64,000 bases of DNA from Mytilus edulis (taxonomy: Eukaryota). The translations under genes and the position numbers were made by a program. Positions 36,301 to 47,835 of this stretch are shown piece by piece. The DNA lies in contig NC_092346.1 of the NCBI RefSeq assembly GCF_963676685.1, positions 48,484,001-48,548,000 of the forward strand, written 5' to 3'. Every line of letters begins with the position of its first letter. Positions within the stretch are counted from its first letter, which is position 1. The notes beneath the pieces are model-generated. The model was not told the origin of the DNA. It saw only the letters and a program-made list of their open reading frames with translations, and searched no databases.

Positions 36301-39300
36301 ATAGATGTTGTCGTCTCAGTCGTCCAAAGCAGCTGCCTACACTATGGTATCGGTGATAGCATTGGCCCCATAGTGTGTAAAATCGGCTTCTTGAGCACTT
36401 CAGTCGGTATCCTGTAATATAAATTCCAAAATGATTTTAATAAAATACGAATGAATTTCTCAAACGCGTCTTATTGCTATAATCAGCAGCATGCTAATTG
36501 ATTTGTTTAACATATTTACATTTATATGATTCTAATTGAAAAATATGCATAAGCATATCAAATGTTTTAATCTTTTGTACCTTATTACTTTCAATTGAAC
36601 ATTAAGAATAGTCAAACATTTTAATACCAGCTGTTCAGTGTCATGAATTAAGATAATAAGTGATTATACTGATATTTTTTTTCATCTTCCGACGTTATCA
36701 CCTTTATGAAACAAAAATATATCAATAATTCAAGATTGGCTTACCAATTCCGCCGTATGTAAATCTATTATTTACAATTGCAAATCCATGATGGCTCTTG
36801 TAATAACCATAGTCATATATAATTCCACCGCTGTAACCAGCTCCGTATCCTACACTTGAGTAACCTGCTAACAATATGTACACAGACAATTTATAATAAA
36901 TTGTTTAACGGATTGAATGAAATGACTTATTTGATTATTACACTTTTCTATAGCAATTTGTTTGAAACGATAATTTTCATTGGACGTTGAAAAATATTTT
37001 GAAGTTTTATATTTCACAATGACATCATATCTGTCTAAACCAAAGGAAAGCTTAATCTTTTTTGTAAATTTGTAAACCATTTTTAAGCGTACAAAAAGTT
37101 CAAAGACGTCCATTGTTTATGTTTGACATTTAGGGTAAACGTATGTTGTCAGGTTATGTAGACGCCGAAGACAGGCCGGTGTGTGGACTTTTTTTATTTA
37201 AGACATTTTAAGCCAAAACATTCACTATAATATAATTTGGTTTAATGTGTGGTTATACTGGAGATAACCATATAGTATTTTTCGTAGAACGTAGATTTTG
37301 CTGTCGTCAAACTAGCGACGCGTATATTATAGCATTTACTGTTTTAAGGATACGAACTGCCTAAAATTTGTATGTAATACATGTACATATAATTACCATT
37401 ATAATATGAAAACAGATGTTTTCTTCTTAGGTATCCAAAACATCTACCAACACTATGATATCGGCCATAACATCTGTTCCAATAACTGTAGAAACGTCTC
37501 TTACTGCAGCTCAGTTTGTAATCTATTTGAAAAAAAGACACGAACATTTACAAAATGACATGATGGCAAAGAAAATCATTAGCAGAAAAAAAACTGATGA
37601 CAAAAAAAAAGACACACAGACAAACAACAGTAAGTTGTAAACAACATTAAAAAAAACCTGACATAAGGTACTATGTAGGTTCGGTAAAATATTATAGTAT
37701 ATTAGAGATCAGGCATATTAGTAATCAATTTTAAAAAGGACCGAAGAAAACTATAAAGTGACACATATTAAAGTTCCCATGGACAAAATTATGAAGATAT
37801 CACATTCAATATTTGTATAAATGAATCATAATCAAAATAATACAAGGACAACATTTATGCCCAATAGTTCTCAAGTTTTAACTATTTCTTATAGTAAAAG
37901 ATGCAGTTAACTATTGACAAACATTTTGTTGAATTATTGCACCAATGTGTTTTTCCATTTGAATAAGATACAATACACAAACCATATTTTAAAATAAATG
38001 TTTAACAAGCAGTTTTTAGATGATGAATCATTTGAATGCGTTCATTCCAATGTTTTGAAAATGTTAAGCAAGTGTCTATAACTACTAGTAATCAAAATTA
38101 ATTCCAAATATAACATAATTCATTTTAATATAGTTAAACTGTTTGTTTTCTTTTGATATAAATATTACTTACATTTTCCTCCATATCTAAATCTCCCATG
38201 GGAAATCGTAAATCTTCGGAAACGTGTGTACCCGGCCAGATGTATATGACCATGATATGAATGAGGTGTTCGAATAAGATGTCGGTTTCTCAACAAAGAT
38301 ACGCAAGTGCTTGCATGATGTATCTTGTTGTAACAGGAAGTCATATAACGGATGAACTTATGTCGTCGGCATCCGAATTTGTAAACTGAATAAAACATAA
38401 TTAGAAAGGAAATAGGGTATGATTGTAAAGAAGACAACTAACCACCAGATATCAATGACAAAGCTGTAATCATTTATATTTCACAGTACAGTGTTCAACA
38501 ATCATTCAAAACTCATTCCGTTTAGTAAGCTTTAAAAACGGGAACGCTTATTGTTAATGCTTGAAAATCATTGACAATACCATACGCTATTTCTCATTTG
38601 TGACTGAACGAATTAGACTTGGCTTGTACAACACGACTTGTAGTAGCCACATTTGGAGCTGGTCTGCTTATCCTTCTGGAGCACCTGAGATCACGTCCAG
38701 GTTATGGTGAGGTTCATGATGCTCAGTTTTACGTTTGTTCCTATTGTGTTGAATGTCCTAATGAGTTTGAATATCCCTTTGGTATCTTTTGCCTGTCTAT
38801 GACAGTATATTAAACTAATAGTTGAGAGAGTACTATCTGACTTGAGGACTCTTTAAAATATTTACAAGATTTCCACGATTTGCATATAATTCAACATAAC
38901 ATGTTATCATTTTTATAATGTGCACGAATTATTTTATTTTATGTTTCGATTCCCGATACTGTGTGCATAGTTTATTTTTATTTGGCTCATTTGGCGAACA
39001 TAATGTATTTCCATTGCTAAAAAATAAAATTTACTTACAGGATCTTCCATAAACAATGCCTCTTTTCACAAACGTGACACCTAAGCCAAATCCATGACCA
39101 TATTTATGGTAAATGTGGCGTCTACCAATCAACCCTTGTTTAATCAGACCAGGGAAACAATCGCTTATATCACCATAATCGTCATAACAGGAATTTAGTG
39201 CGCTGTACAGTTTTGTTGCACTGCAGAGACGTCCATAGTCTGTAATAGAAGAATGTATATTTGTTTATTCATGAATGTAATAAAATTGAGAATGGAAATG

Positions 39301-42300
39301 GGGAAAGGCCAAAGACACAACAACCCGACCATAGAAAAAAACAACTAACATGAAAGACGACTGTAAACTGTTCGTGATTTAAAATAAAGAAGAAAAAGGT
39401 AAAAGTTGCAATTATAAAATGACATTTAATTGTATCTTATAGCACTTTTCTAATTTGTTCATTCTCTGTATCTGTACTTCAATATTTGACACGAAAGCAA
39501 AATTTAAAATGAAGAATGCAACTTGTATTTGAAACTACACGTTTTTATTAGCACTTTCTGTTAGCTTCAATAGCTTTATTTCAATAATTGGAAATATTCA
39601 TACAAACTTTGTCACATTTAATTCAATGATAAACTAATTTATCCTGAAAAGTAGGTTTTTTAATTCTAATGTAACGTAGTAAAAAGTAAAACCACAAAAA
39701 TACTGAACTTAGAGGAAAATCAATTTGGAAAGTCCATAATCACATGGCAATTTCAAATAACAAAACGCATAAAAAACGAATGGAAAAGAGCTGTCATATT
39801 CCTGACTTGGTACAGACATTTTCAAATGTAGAAAATGGTGGATTAAACCTGGTTTTATAGCGCTAACACTCTCTCTTTGATGACAGTCTAATCAAATTCT
39901 GTTATATTTACATTGATGCGTTAACTAAACAGACACAATAAATAAATAGTCAAAATATGGGTACATCAGTCATCATCGTAAAACAATTTTAAAAGGGACA
40001 ATTCAACAGAACACAAAAACATCTATCTACAAACACTTTCACACTTTTCTGTGTCTGACGTCAGAAAATTTTATATGTCTCATAAAATTTGTCGTTCAAT
40101 GTGCATGCAAACAATTTCAAAATTTACATAGGCAATGCTAGCACATAGGACATAGGGTTAAAACATCAAAAGCATATAAGAACAAACATCAGAAACAGAC
40201 CGAGATTGAAAATAGTTCAAAAGTTACATGAAGAATTCATAAGAATCCACAAATAGCCTATACAATAAATTGTATTACTAGTACTCACAGAATCCGTTAT
40301 ATCTGATTCCACGTCCAATAAGTTCAACACCAAGTCTGTGGAAACGTCTGAATATATGACTGACTTTAAATCTGTAGGCGTGTCCTAGATATACAAGAAT
40401 ATTGCGAAAATAATAAGATATTTGTTGTATGTAAGAAATTATGATAATTAATAAAATGTGTGTTTAAAATAAAGACAAGCTCAGTTTTTTATTCTCTTTT
40501 GCTCTTTTAAACTTTTATGATTCATTACTAGAGCTTTTCGTTGTGTCTGTTAAAGACGAAACGCTCGTCTTGTGTACACAGTTATAAATAAAGGCAACAG
40601 TAGTATACCGCTGTTCAAAGCTCATAAATCTATGGACAAAAAACAAAATCGGGGTAACAAACTAAAACTGAGGGAAACGCATTAAATATTAGAGGAGAAC
40701 AACGACACAACATTAAAATGTAACACACACAGCAACGGACTAAGCATTAGACATGGTATTTTTTTATTAGTTATTTCAAGCTACCATATCACAACGAAGT
40801 AAACTATGACATTACCTTGAAAAAAACCCAAATTATTCGATATAAAGAGAAGTTATGTATTTGTATTGGTTATGAATTTATGCATTGAGAATAAGACTTC
40901 AAGGTCGAATGTTTGACGTATCTATTTGTTATATGGGTGTGAAGTGTACTAAGGGTTATAGAAACAATAATACTGTTGAGTCAAGACGTCGACTATTATG
41001 ATCATGTTATTTTCAAGCTGCCAAATGTTGTAAAATCAAATTTTCTTTAGTACGTAGCTGTATATTCATACACTTATTGAAACATGATGTATCATGTTTA
41101 TCTTCCGTCTTCCATATAAATTCTTTTAGTAAAATGAATGAAACTACTGTATAGTCATAGTTATCAAAAGTACCAGGGTTATAATTTTATACGCCAGACG
41201 CGCGTTTCGTCTACATAAGACTCATCAGTGACGCTCAGATCGAAATAGTTAAAAAGCCAAACAAATACAAAGTTGAAGAGCATTGAGGACCCAAAATTCC
41301 AAAAAGTTGTGCCAAATACGGCTAAGGTAATCTACTCCTGGGGTAAGAAAAACCTTAGTTTTTCGAAAAATTCAAAGTTTTGTAAACAGACAATTTATAA
41401 AAATGACCATATAATTGATATTCATGTCAACACCGAAGTGCTGACTACTGGGCTGGTGATACCCTCGGGGACGAAACGTCCACCAGCAGTGGCATCGACC
41501 CAGTGGTGTAAATAGTTATCAAAAGTACCAGGGTTATAATTTTATACGCCAGACGCGCGTTTCGTCTACATAAGACTCATCAGTGACGCTCAGATCGAAA
41601 TAGTTAAAAAGCCAAACAAATACAAAGTTGAAGAGCATTGAGGACCCAAAATTCCAAAAAGTTGTGCCAAATACGGCTAAGGTAATCTACTCCTGGGGTA
41701 AGAAAAACCTTAGTTTTTCGAAAAATTCAAAGTTTTGTAAACAGACAATTTATAAAAATGACCATATAATTGATATTCATGTCAACACCGAAGTGCTGAC
41801 TACTGGGCTGGTGATACCCTCGGGGACGAAACGTCCACCAGCAGTGGCATCGACCCAGTGGTGTAAATAGTTATCAAAAGTATCAGGGTTATAATTTTAT
41901 ACGCCAGACGCGCGTTTCGTCTACATAAGACTCATCAGTGACGCTCAGATCGAAATAGTTAAAAAGCCAAACAAATACAAAGTTGAAGAGCATTGAGGAC
42001 CCAAAATTCCAAAAAGTTGTGCCAAATACGGCTAAGGTAATCTACTCCTGGGGTAAGAAAAACCTTAGTTTTTCGAAAAATTCAAAGTTTTGTAAACAGA
42101 CAATTTATAAAAATGACCATATAATTGATATTCATGTCAACACCGAAGTGCTGACTACTGGGCTGGTGATACCCTCGGGGACGAAACGTCCACCAGCAGT
42201 GGCATCGACCCAGTGGTGTAAATAGTTATCAAAAGTACCAGGGTTATAATTTTATACGCCAGACGCGCGTTTCGTCTACATAAGACTCATCAGTGACGCT

Positions 42301-43562
42301 CAGATCGAAATAGTTAAAAAGCCAAACAAATACAAAGTTGAAGAGCATTGAGGACCCAAAATTCCAAAAAGTTGTGCCAAATACGGCTAAGGTAATCTAC
42401 TCCATACGTTTGTTCAAATATGATATGTATGTCTATATAATATGCCAGTCTTCTGTATATTTTGGAAATGCTTATTATGTATGTAAGTTAACTTGGTAAT
42501 TGATTCAACATAGTTTGTTATATTGTGACAATATATGTTTAATAGTATATGTTCACATACCCGGGTTAACGGTCTTGAAAAAGATAACTTAAAACTTCAA
42601 TATCTAATAGTCATACCAGTAATAAGTTTATGTCCAGCATAACCGGCAGGATGACCGTGAGAAACATAGCTTGAGCTTGAGTATGAACTTGATTTAACTA
42701 ATTTAGGTTTGTAGCTGTATGAGTTGACACCTTTGTAGCTGTAGTCGTCTTTATCAGGATAATAGTCACTACTGCCATACCCATTAGTAGCTAAAATGTA
42801 ATATAAATTATTTGTTAATACAAATAAAAAAAATCAAACGGGATATCTTGAAAGCATGGTGTTTTTCCGATCTTACAGCTTGAACTACTGATAAGTTGAA
42901 TATTATTCGGATAAAAATATCTATAAAAATGTTTGTAAGGCCTGCCACAAGGTATGGTGACCTAAATGTATATCTTTTAAAAGAAATATACTTTACACTC
43001 ACAATAGGTAGAATAACAGTGAAGAGTCTAACTAATCTTATAATTTTTAAATATAATAAAGACGAAATGCTCAATTTGTTTGATTTCCACAATGGCATAA
43101 AGTGCACCAGCAGTTGTACAGTCCTACTGTTAGCAATGATGGTAACTGTTAATCGGTGAATTGTTTCAGATATTGAATATTGCTTGCAGGACGAGAACAC
43201 GTTAACTATACGCATATAAAACGTATAATATTTTTGTAAATACCCAAATTAAAATAGAAGCGTTTTGTTTTAAGTGTAATTAAACAAGTGTAGAAAATAT
43301 AGAGAGAGTGGTTATCCTATTTAGCCATCAATATGACTTAGAGCCAACAAGTAATCTAAGCTTTTCACTTTTGGAAAGGCTTTAGTCTTTTGTTTAAGAA
43401 TTTCAATTACTAGTAACAATAAAAAAAATCATTGTTAGAAAATGTTCAAATTGTAGATTCATTCTTAATTATCAGTAAAATTTATAAGAAAAATAGAAAT
43501 CCCCATGAATACTTACATGCAGCAATCGCTGCAATAAGAAGGACTAGTATCCCACAAGCCAT
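30350..43562 (-). CDS. mfp-12: Gene B: paralog of gene A, mussel foot protein-12-like (15 coding exons, ~744 aa)
   Basis: Exons 43517-43562, 42617-42790, 40289-40384, 39039-39239, 38173-38385, 37397-37522, 36745-36864, 36205-36411, 35734-35862, 34583-34714, 34026-34154, 33171-33650, 32558-32686, 31622-31672, plus 30350-30351 (GA of a split TGA). All phase 1, sum 2235 nt; same signal peptide as gene A. Symbol tentative. Confidence 0.8.
30635..30938. repeat. MITE-like foldback element
   Basis: AATGATTGTAATATTTTTTCTGTCTA / TAGACAGAAAAAATATTACAGTCATT inverted arms with inner GTGCAC arms, followed by an ATAATTTAATT/AATTAAATTAT-bounded segment. Confidence 0.55.
31622..31672 (-). CDS. Gene B exon 14 (acidic tail)
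   Basis: GYDDEDDYVPAGKSAYY then T|GTAAGA. Confidence 0.82.
32558..32686 (-). CDS. Gene B exon 13 (Cys/His module)
   Basis: AYQLTCGDKRFYNYWSDCYSHYHSRSVCFGKLRKRHLFDVYTD; AAG acceptor. Confidence 0.85.
33171..33650 (-). CDS. Gene B exon 12 (His-rich 11-residue-repeat helix)
   Basis: DTHAILNKHLYLHKKIANHHVIRIHNVAKTHVATISRVANKH...HHRFSYGGK; 480 nt. Confidence 0.9.
34026..34154 (-). CDS. Gene B exon 11 (Cys/His module)
   Basis: AYKLKCSRSRFYRLWGQCYHRYHSVGTCFGRLRSHHLFYRYLG. Confidence 0.88.
34583..34714 (-). CDS. Gene B exon 10 (Gly/Tyr/His module)
   Basis: DDYSVVDGDVYGSDYGSGPIFDYSYYNSHHGFAIRHHRFSYNGI. Confidence 0.85.
35734..35862 (-). CDS. Gene B exon 9 (Cys/His module)
   Basis: GYQLKCSRSRFYTLWGQCYHRYHSVGSCFGRLRRQHLFYRYGG. 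Confidence 0.88.
35735..36830. repeat. Tandem duplication (~540-549 bp) inside gene B
   Basis: TCCACCG at 35735, 36284 and 36824 bounds two near-identical exon-intron-exon blocks. Confidence 0.88.
36205..36411 (-). CDS. Gene B exon 8 (chimeric Cys module + Gly/Tyr/His module)
   Basis: GYRLKCSRSRFYTLWGQCYHRYHSVGSCFGRLRRQHLFYRYGG-ITYDYGYYKSHHGFAIVNNRFTYGGI; 207 nt, open, intact splice sites. Confidence 0.82.
36745..36864 (-). CDS. Gene B exon 7 (Gly/Tyr/His module)
   Basis: GYSSVGYGAGYSGGIIYDYGYYKSHHGFAIVNNRFTYGGI. Confidence 0.85.
37397..37522 (-). CDS. Gene B exon 6 (Cys/His module)
   Basis: YYKLSCSKRRFYSYWNRCYGRYHSVGRCFGYLRRKHLFSYYN. Confidence 0.88.
38173..38385 (-). CDS. Gene B exon 5
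   Basis: FYKFGCRRHKFIRYMTSCYNKIHHASTCVSLL...; 213 nt. Confidence 0.88.
39039..39239 (-). CDS. Gene B exon 4
   Basis: YYGRLCSATKLYSALNSCYDDYGDISDCFPGLIKQG...; 201 nt. Confidence 0.88.
39681..40255. repeat. Interspersed repeat, unclassified
   Basis: First ~140 bp (…CTGTCATATTCCTGACTTGGTACAG) recur at ~60265-60364 and inverted at ~28310-28445; far boundary approximate. Confidence 0.5.
40289..40384 (-). CDS. Gene B exon 3
   Basis: GHAYRFKVSHIFRRFHRLGVELIGRGIRYNGF. Confidence 0.85.
41191..41234 (-). ncRNA. Type I hammerhead ribozyme, copy 1
   Basis: GCGUCA-CUGAUGA-GUC(UUAUGUA)GAC-GAAA-CGCGCG-UC^-UGGCGU: intact core, helix I, helix II, palindromic helix III; predicted cut between 41197 and 41196. 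Confidence 0.88.
41546..41589 (-). ncRNA. Type I hammerhead ribozyme, copy 2
   Basis: Identical to 41191-41234. Confidence 0.88.
41901..41944 (-). ncRNA. Type I hammerhead ribozyme, copy 3
   Basis: Identical to 41191-41234. Confidence 0.88.
42256..42299 (-). ncRNA. Type I hammerhead ribozyme, copy 4
   Basis: Identical to 41191-41234. Confidence 0.88.
42617..42790 (-). CDS. Gene B exon 2
   Basis: STNGYGSSDYYPDKDDYSYKGVNSYSYKPKLVKSSSYSSSSYVSHGHPAGYAGHKLIT. Confidence 0.85.
43517..43562 (-). CDS. Gene B exon 1 (signal peptide)
   Basis: MACGILVLLIAAIAA, GTAAGT donor. Confidence 0.85.
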
Positions 43563-43760
43563 TTTGACGGATGCACTCTCGTCAATCAAAGAATTTACTT
43601 ATATACCTAGGCAAAAACCATATGTTGCATCTTATTGTTTTAAAACAATAAAACTATTTGTATATTAGTCTTAGTGTATGTTAACATGTCTTATAACGTC
43701 TGATCCTGTGTTGAATTTCCTCCTCAGAAAATATATCTAAGTATGTTTCCAATTCATTAC
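43563..43760 (-). promoter_or_regulatory. Gene B proximal promoter (TATA box 43599-43605, E-box 43619-43624)
   Basis: TATATAA about 40 nt upstream of ATG; conserved with the gene A promoter. Confidence 0.7.
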
Positions 43761-46668
43761 CTAGTGCGAACTCAGTCGACACTATTGTCTGATATTTCTT
43801 GCACATTTATGAATAATATTTTCTGTACATGAGACGCAGATTTAACAAATTCGATTGAACATAAAACTTAGGAAGAGGATGGTTTAAAAAACATTTACAT
43901 TCAAACATAGAATTTAGTAATTAGTCAGTACATATTCTGAATGTGCACCACAAATACTTTTTAGCAATATTTATTTTGAATATTTTTATCTCAAAGATAT
44001 CTAACTGTTTAAAACAAGTTGCTTTCTTTAAAAAAAGAAATGCAATCGTAAACCCAAATGCTTGTTTGGCATTATATATATATTAGATAATTGTTTAATA
44101 AAGATGTATTGTCTTATATTACTTTTGTTGTGCATAAGAATTAGAAACTGACATTGTCTGTTTAGTGGTTTAAATAATGTAATACCGGCTTCACACATCA
44201 ACGTATAGATCCGACGTACGTCGGCCGAGGTAAAAAAAATCATGCACGCTACCAAAACGCTAGTAATTTTGATGCATTCAACCTGTCAATCATATCTGTA
44301 TCGTGTGCACAACGAGCTTAAAGCGTGTATTGGGTGTGCGTAAAGCGTACCTTAGCGTTTCTCCTGGTCTTCCTACATTCCCAACTGCAGGTCTGTCTAT
44401 ATGTGAATGTTTGTCAATAAGTCTGTCACATTCGCCCGTCTGTTTACATGTTTACCAGTCCGTCTATGTCCACTGGTTCGTCTACATGTTCACTAGCTTT
44501 GAAATAGCTTTCGGTAAGTGCGATTATTTCAGTGATTTGTGTCTATTGTTTTTATGTAAGTGATTATTGTGCACCGTACCCATAATTTTAGGGACGCGAA
44601 TTGCAAACTGATATTTTACAGTTTTTTCTTGCGATGTGTTGTCCTTAAGGTTTGGTTCATTTGGGAGGGTTGGGTTTATGGCCACCACATTGTTTATGTG
44701 CCAATGTCCATTCTAAAGCCAGAAACATGTAGTACAGTGGTTGTTGTTCATAATTCATGTCGGTCAAGTTGTTTTCGTAAATTATTTTGTTATCAATAAG
44801 GCTGTTTAGTTTTGTTTGATTTTTGTTTTTAAATCTTAATGGTCGGGGCATTTAATAGCCGACTAAATAGTAGGTTTTTTTTCATTTTTGGAGGCCGCTC
44901 GGTGGCCTTTAAAGACTTACTACCACGTCATTGTAACTCTGGTTGGTATTTGTATCATTAGTGCTGGACCATGGTCGATCTTATATGCACCTTTGAGGCA
45001 GGCGGGATATTTTTGTAGATCTTGTACAGCTCAAACTAATGTGAGTAGTTCCTGTACTTCTATGTCTAGTCCCAAGTTGCATGGTTAGAGAGGGTGTAAT
45101 ATCTTCTGTAGGTTTGATGAAGTTTCACCCGTATCGGACTTCTTTTCCTAAATGAAAGCTTTAAGGCGACGAGTATTTTTGTATGCAATGTGCCCTTAAC
45201 GTGTCTAAAACTTATCTGTAGCGTTTTCAACGCTCGTGTAGCGTGTATATTATGTGCGTGCAGTTTACAGGTACATGTATATACGTTTGACAAACGCTTG
45301 AGCGGAATGATTTTTTTTTATGTTCCATTAAAATTTTCCTGAAGTAAAAGCGTTCACCAAGCGTATACCTTTGCATTTCGACGTAAGTGAACACTTATGG
45401 AACGCGTGTTTAAACGCTTGCGTAAAGTTCCTCTGGTGAGCAACTAAGTTACGCATACGACGATACGGACTTTGTTAATTTTCTTTTTTGACTGATTGTT
45501 TTACATTGTCATTTCGGGGCCTTTTATAGCCGACTATGCGGTACGTGCTTTGCCTGTTGTTGAAGGCCGTACGGTGACCCATAGTTTGTATTTCTGTGTT
45601 ATTTTGGTTTCTTGCAGATAGTTGTCTCATTGACACCAAACCCGATATCTTCTTTTTTTATATTCGATATCTTATCGCCGACCTGGTTAAGTCTGCTAAA
45701 AATGCATGCATGATTCATTTTTAGGTTATCAGTCGTAATTAAAGTGGCACATTTAATTCGTTGTTTCATTGCTTGAAGTATCATTTCTTACATCTGCATG
45801 GTCAAATGTATATTTTTTTTAAATAAATTTTAGATTTAGATTTCAGTCACGGTTATTTTTTCCCCCTTCATATTGAATATCTATACTTATCAGTCGCATT
45901 TTAATGACGAAAAGGATTCAGAGGTTATTAAAAAAAAGTAAATAATGTTGCAATATTTAAACAAAGAAAATAGCTTTAAATTTGCAATATTAATGAAAAT
46001 AAATACGGACATAACTTTCATAATTAATTTTAACGTTATTTTCAATAAACGATTTTTTTTTTAAATCCTCGTTTTTACACCTATTTGAGGCACGTATTTA
46101 TGATTATATTTCCATGTCCTTGGTCTATCCTACACGTAAAATTTCAAAAAGTGCTAATACTTTTTTTAAAGATATTATTTTTAATTGTTCTCGTTCAAAA
46201 TATTTTATTTTTTCATATTCAATATCTATTTAATTTTATTTTTAATAACCATTTTTTTTTAATTAAAGTTGCAATATATAACCGAAAAGAAAACTGTAAT
46301 TTAATCATATGCAAGAAAGACTTCCCTTTAATTTCAGTATAAAAAAATAAAAAGCTTGCTTTTTACAACATGTACATCTTCACTAAACGTAAAATCTAAA
46401 ATAAAATGCTACTAAAACTCTTTCTAAAGATTTTATTTTTAATTATTCTCGTTCAGAATATAAAGCGCATTGTTTACATGAAATCTTATCTCATATCTAA
46501 ACACAGCTGGTTACATCGTTTGACTAATTAAAATACTACGCATGTAGGTTAATATTAGCAGCTTGTCATCGTGTGCAAGAAAATATTATATCATAATAAA
46601 TTTCAGATCATACGTAAAATATCTCTATAGCAACTTAAGATGCTAATGCATATTCAACAGATTTGTAA

Positions 46669-46732
46669 GCTATTGCGCATGCATTTGAAAGGTGGTCATA
46701 GCTATTGCGCATGTATTTGAAAGGTGGTCATA
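46669..46732. repeat. 32-bp direct duplication
   Basis: GCTATTGCGCATG(C/T)ATTTGAAAGGTGGTCATA twice. Confidence 0.8.
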
Positions 46733-47835
46733 GAAAGACCAGAAGTGTTCCGACTAACATCCGGTGTTCCGAAAGACTACATCACTCGTCCAATATATAC
46801 TGCGTAAACCCTTAGGGGTTTACGCAACTAGGCATAAAAAATGGAAATTATAAAACAGTAAAAAAAAAAAAATACCAATAAACACAACAAACACAACAAA
46901 ACAAAGCGATTATAAAAAAATTTATATTTTATTTCAAAAACAAACTATTTATTATTTGTATAGCAATCGTAAAGAGTAGATAAAAATTTCCAAACTTGTC
47001 TAAGATAAGCTTGTCTATGTGATATGTAATAAGATCATGAGGGGAAAACAACTGTCAGAATTGGTTCCTTGATAAATGAATTAAATTAACGCGATAATGT
47101 ACAGTGTAATAACGAATTTGATGTGATTTTTTCAGAGATAAATTAAATGATTAATACCACTAGTAATTTATTGATATGTGAATTGTTCAATGGAGAAGTG
47201 TGTTCATATCACCCCGTGTTATGTCCATGTTTTGAAAACCACTTGGTTGACTGTAGATAACTCTTTTTATTTTATTTATTTATTTATCTATATTCTGTTA
47301 TTTCAATCTGTATTCATAACTCGTTTGCTAATGAACATAATTTCTAAATATACTTAAAACTATTTTCTTTTCTGATTAATGACTTCTCGAACCAATCAGT
47401 TTGGTTAGGAGACGTAAAATCGAGAATAAAAACGTTGATATGAAGAGATACAACCCGATCAATGATGGTGAATACTTTCACTAAAAGATAAGGTTTTCAT
47501 TTCGATTCGAATTCTTATCAGCAGGTTAAGCACTTTGACTTGGCTTTTGATAAAAAAAAAAAAAAAAAAAGAATATAATAATAATCGAGCTCCAAGGCAA
47601 ATTCCGCAGGAAAAAAGACAAAATTAAACGTTTTTATTTATTAGAGCAAGAGAAAGAAACACCTGACAAAATTTTGATACATTAATTACATTGGGAGAGC
47701 AACCTTAACATAATAATAGTATCTATGATTACTCTCAAATCGTACTGTTTATTTTACCTATTGTCACAATTTATAATATACTTTAGTTGTTCCTTGTAGT
47801 ACTTATGTCGTTTTATATTGTTGAACCAGCTTTGA

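Larger units (their letters stand above)
41157..42403 (-). mobile_element. Retrozyme array: 3.5 tandem copies of a 355-bp unit with type I hammerhead ribozymes
   Basis: Period 355 (41191/41546/41901/42256); units almost identical (one substitution seen, near 41883); each carries a full hammerhead core on the minus strand. Confidence 0.88.

Noticed and set aside
41273-42225. Three identical 80-aa ORFs (MKSIEDPKFQ...)
   Set aside because: They start at TTG, simply follow the 355-bp repeat period, lie antisense to the ribozymes and show no recognisable domain.
41157-42403. CRISPR array or plain satellite
   Set aside because: No unique spacers and the DNA is eukaryotic; the hammerhead cores explain the unit better than a simple satellite does.
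42808-43215. 135-aa ORF and the overlapping 87-aa ORF
   Set aside because: Inside intron 1 of gene B, low-complexity AT-driven composition, no counterpart in gene A.
44200-45480. GC-richer patchwork with several short ORFs upstream of gene B
   Set aside because: Looks like mixed repeat remnants; I could not define termini, TSDs or a credible protein, so no feature was called.
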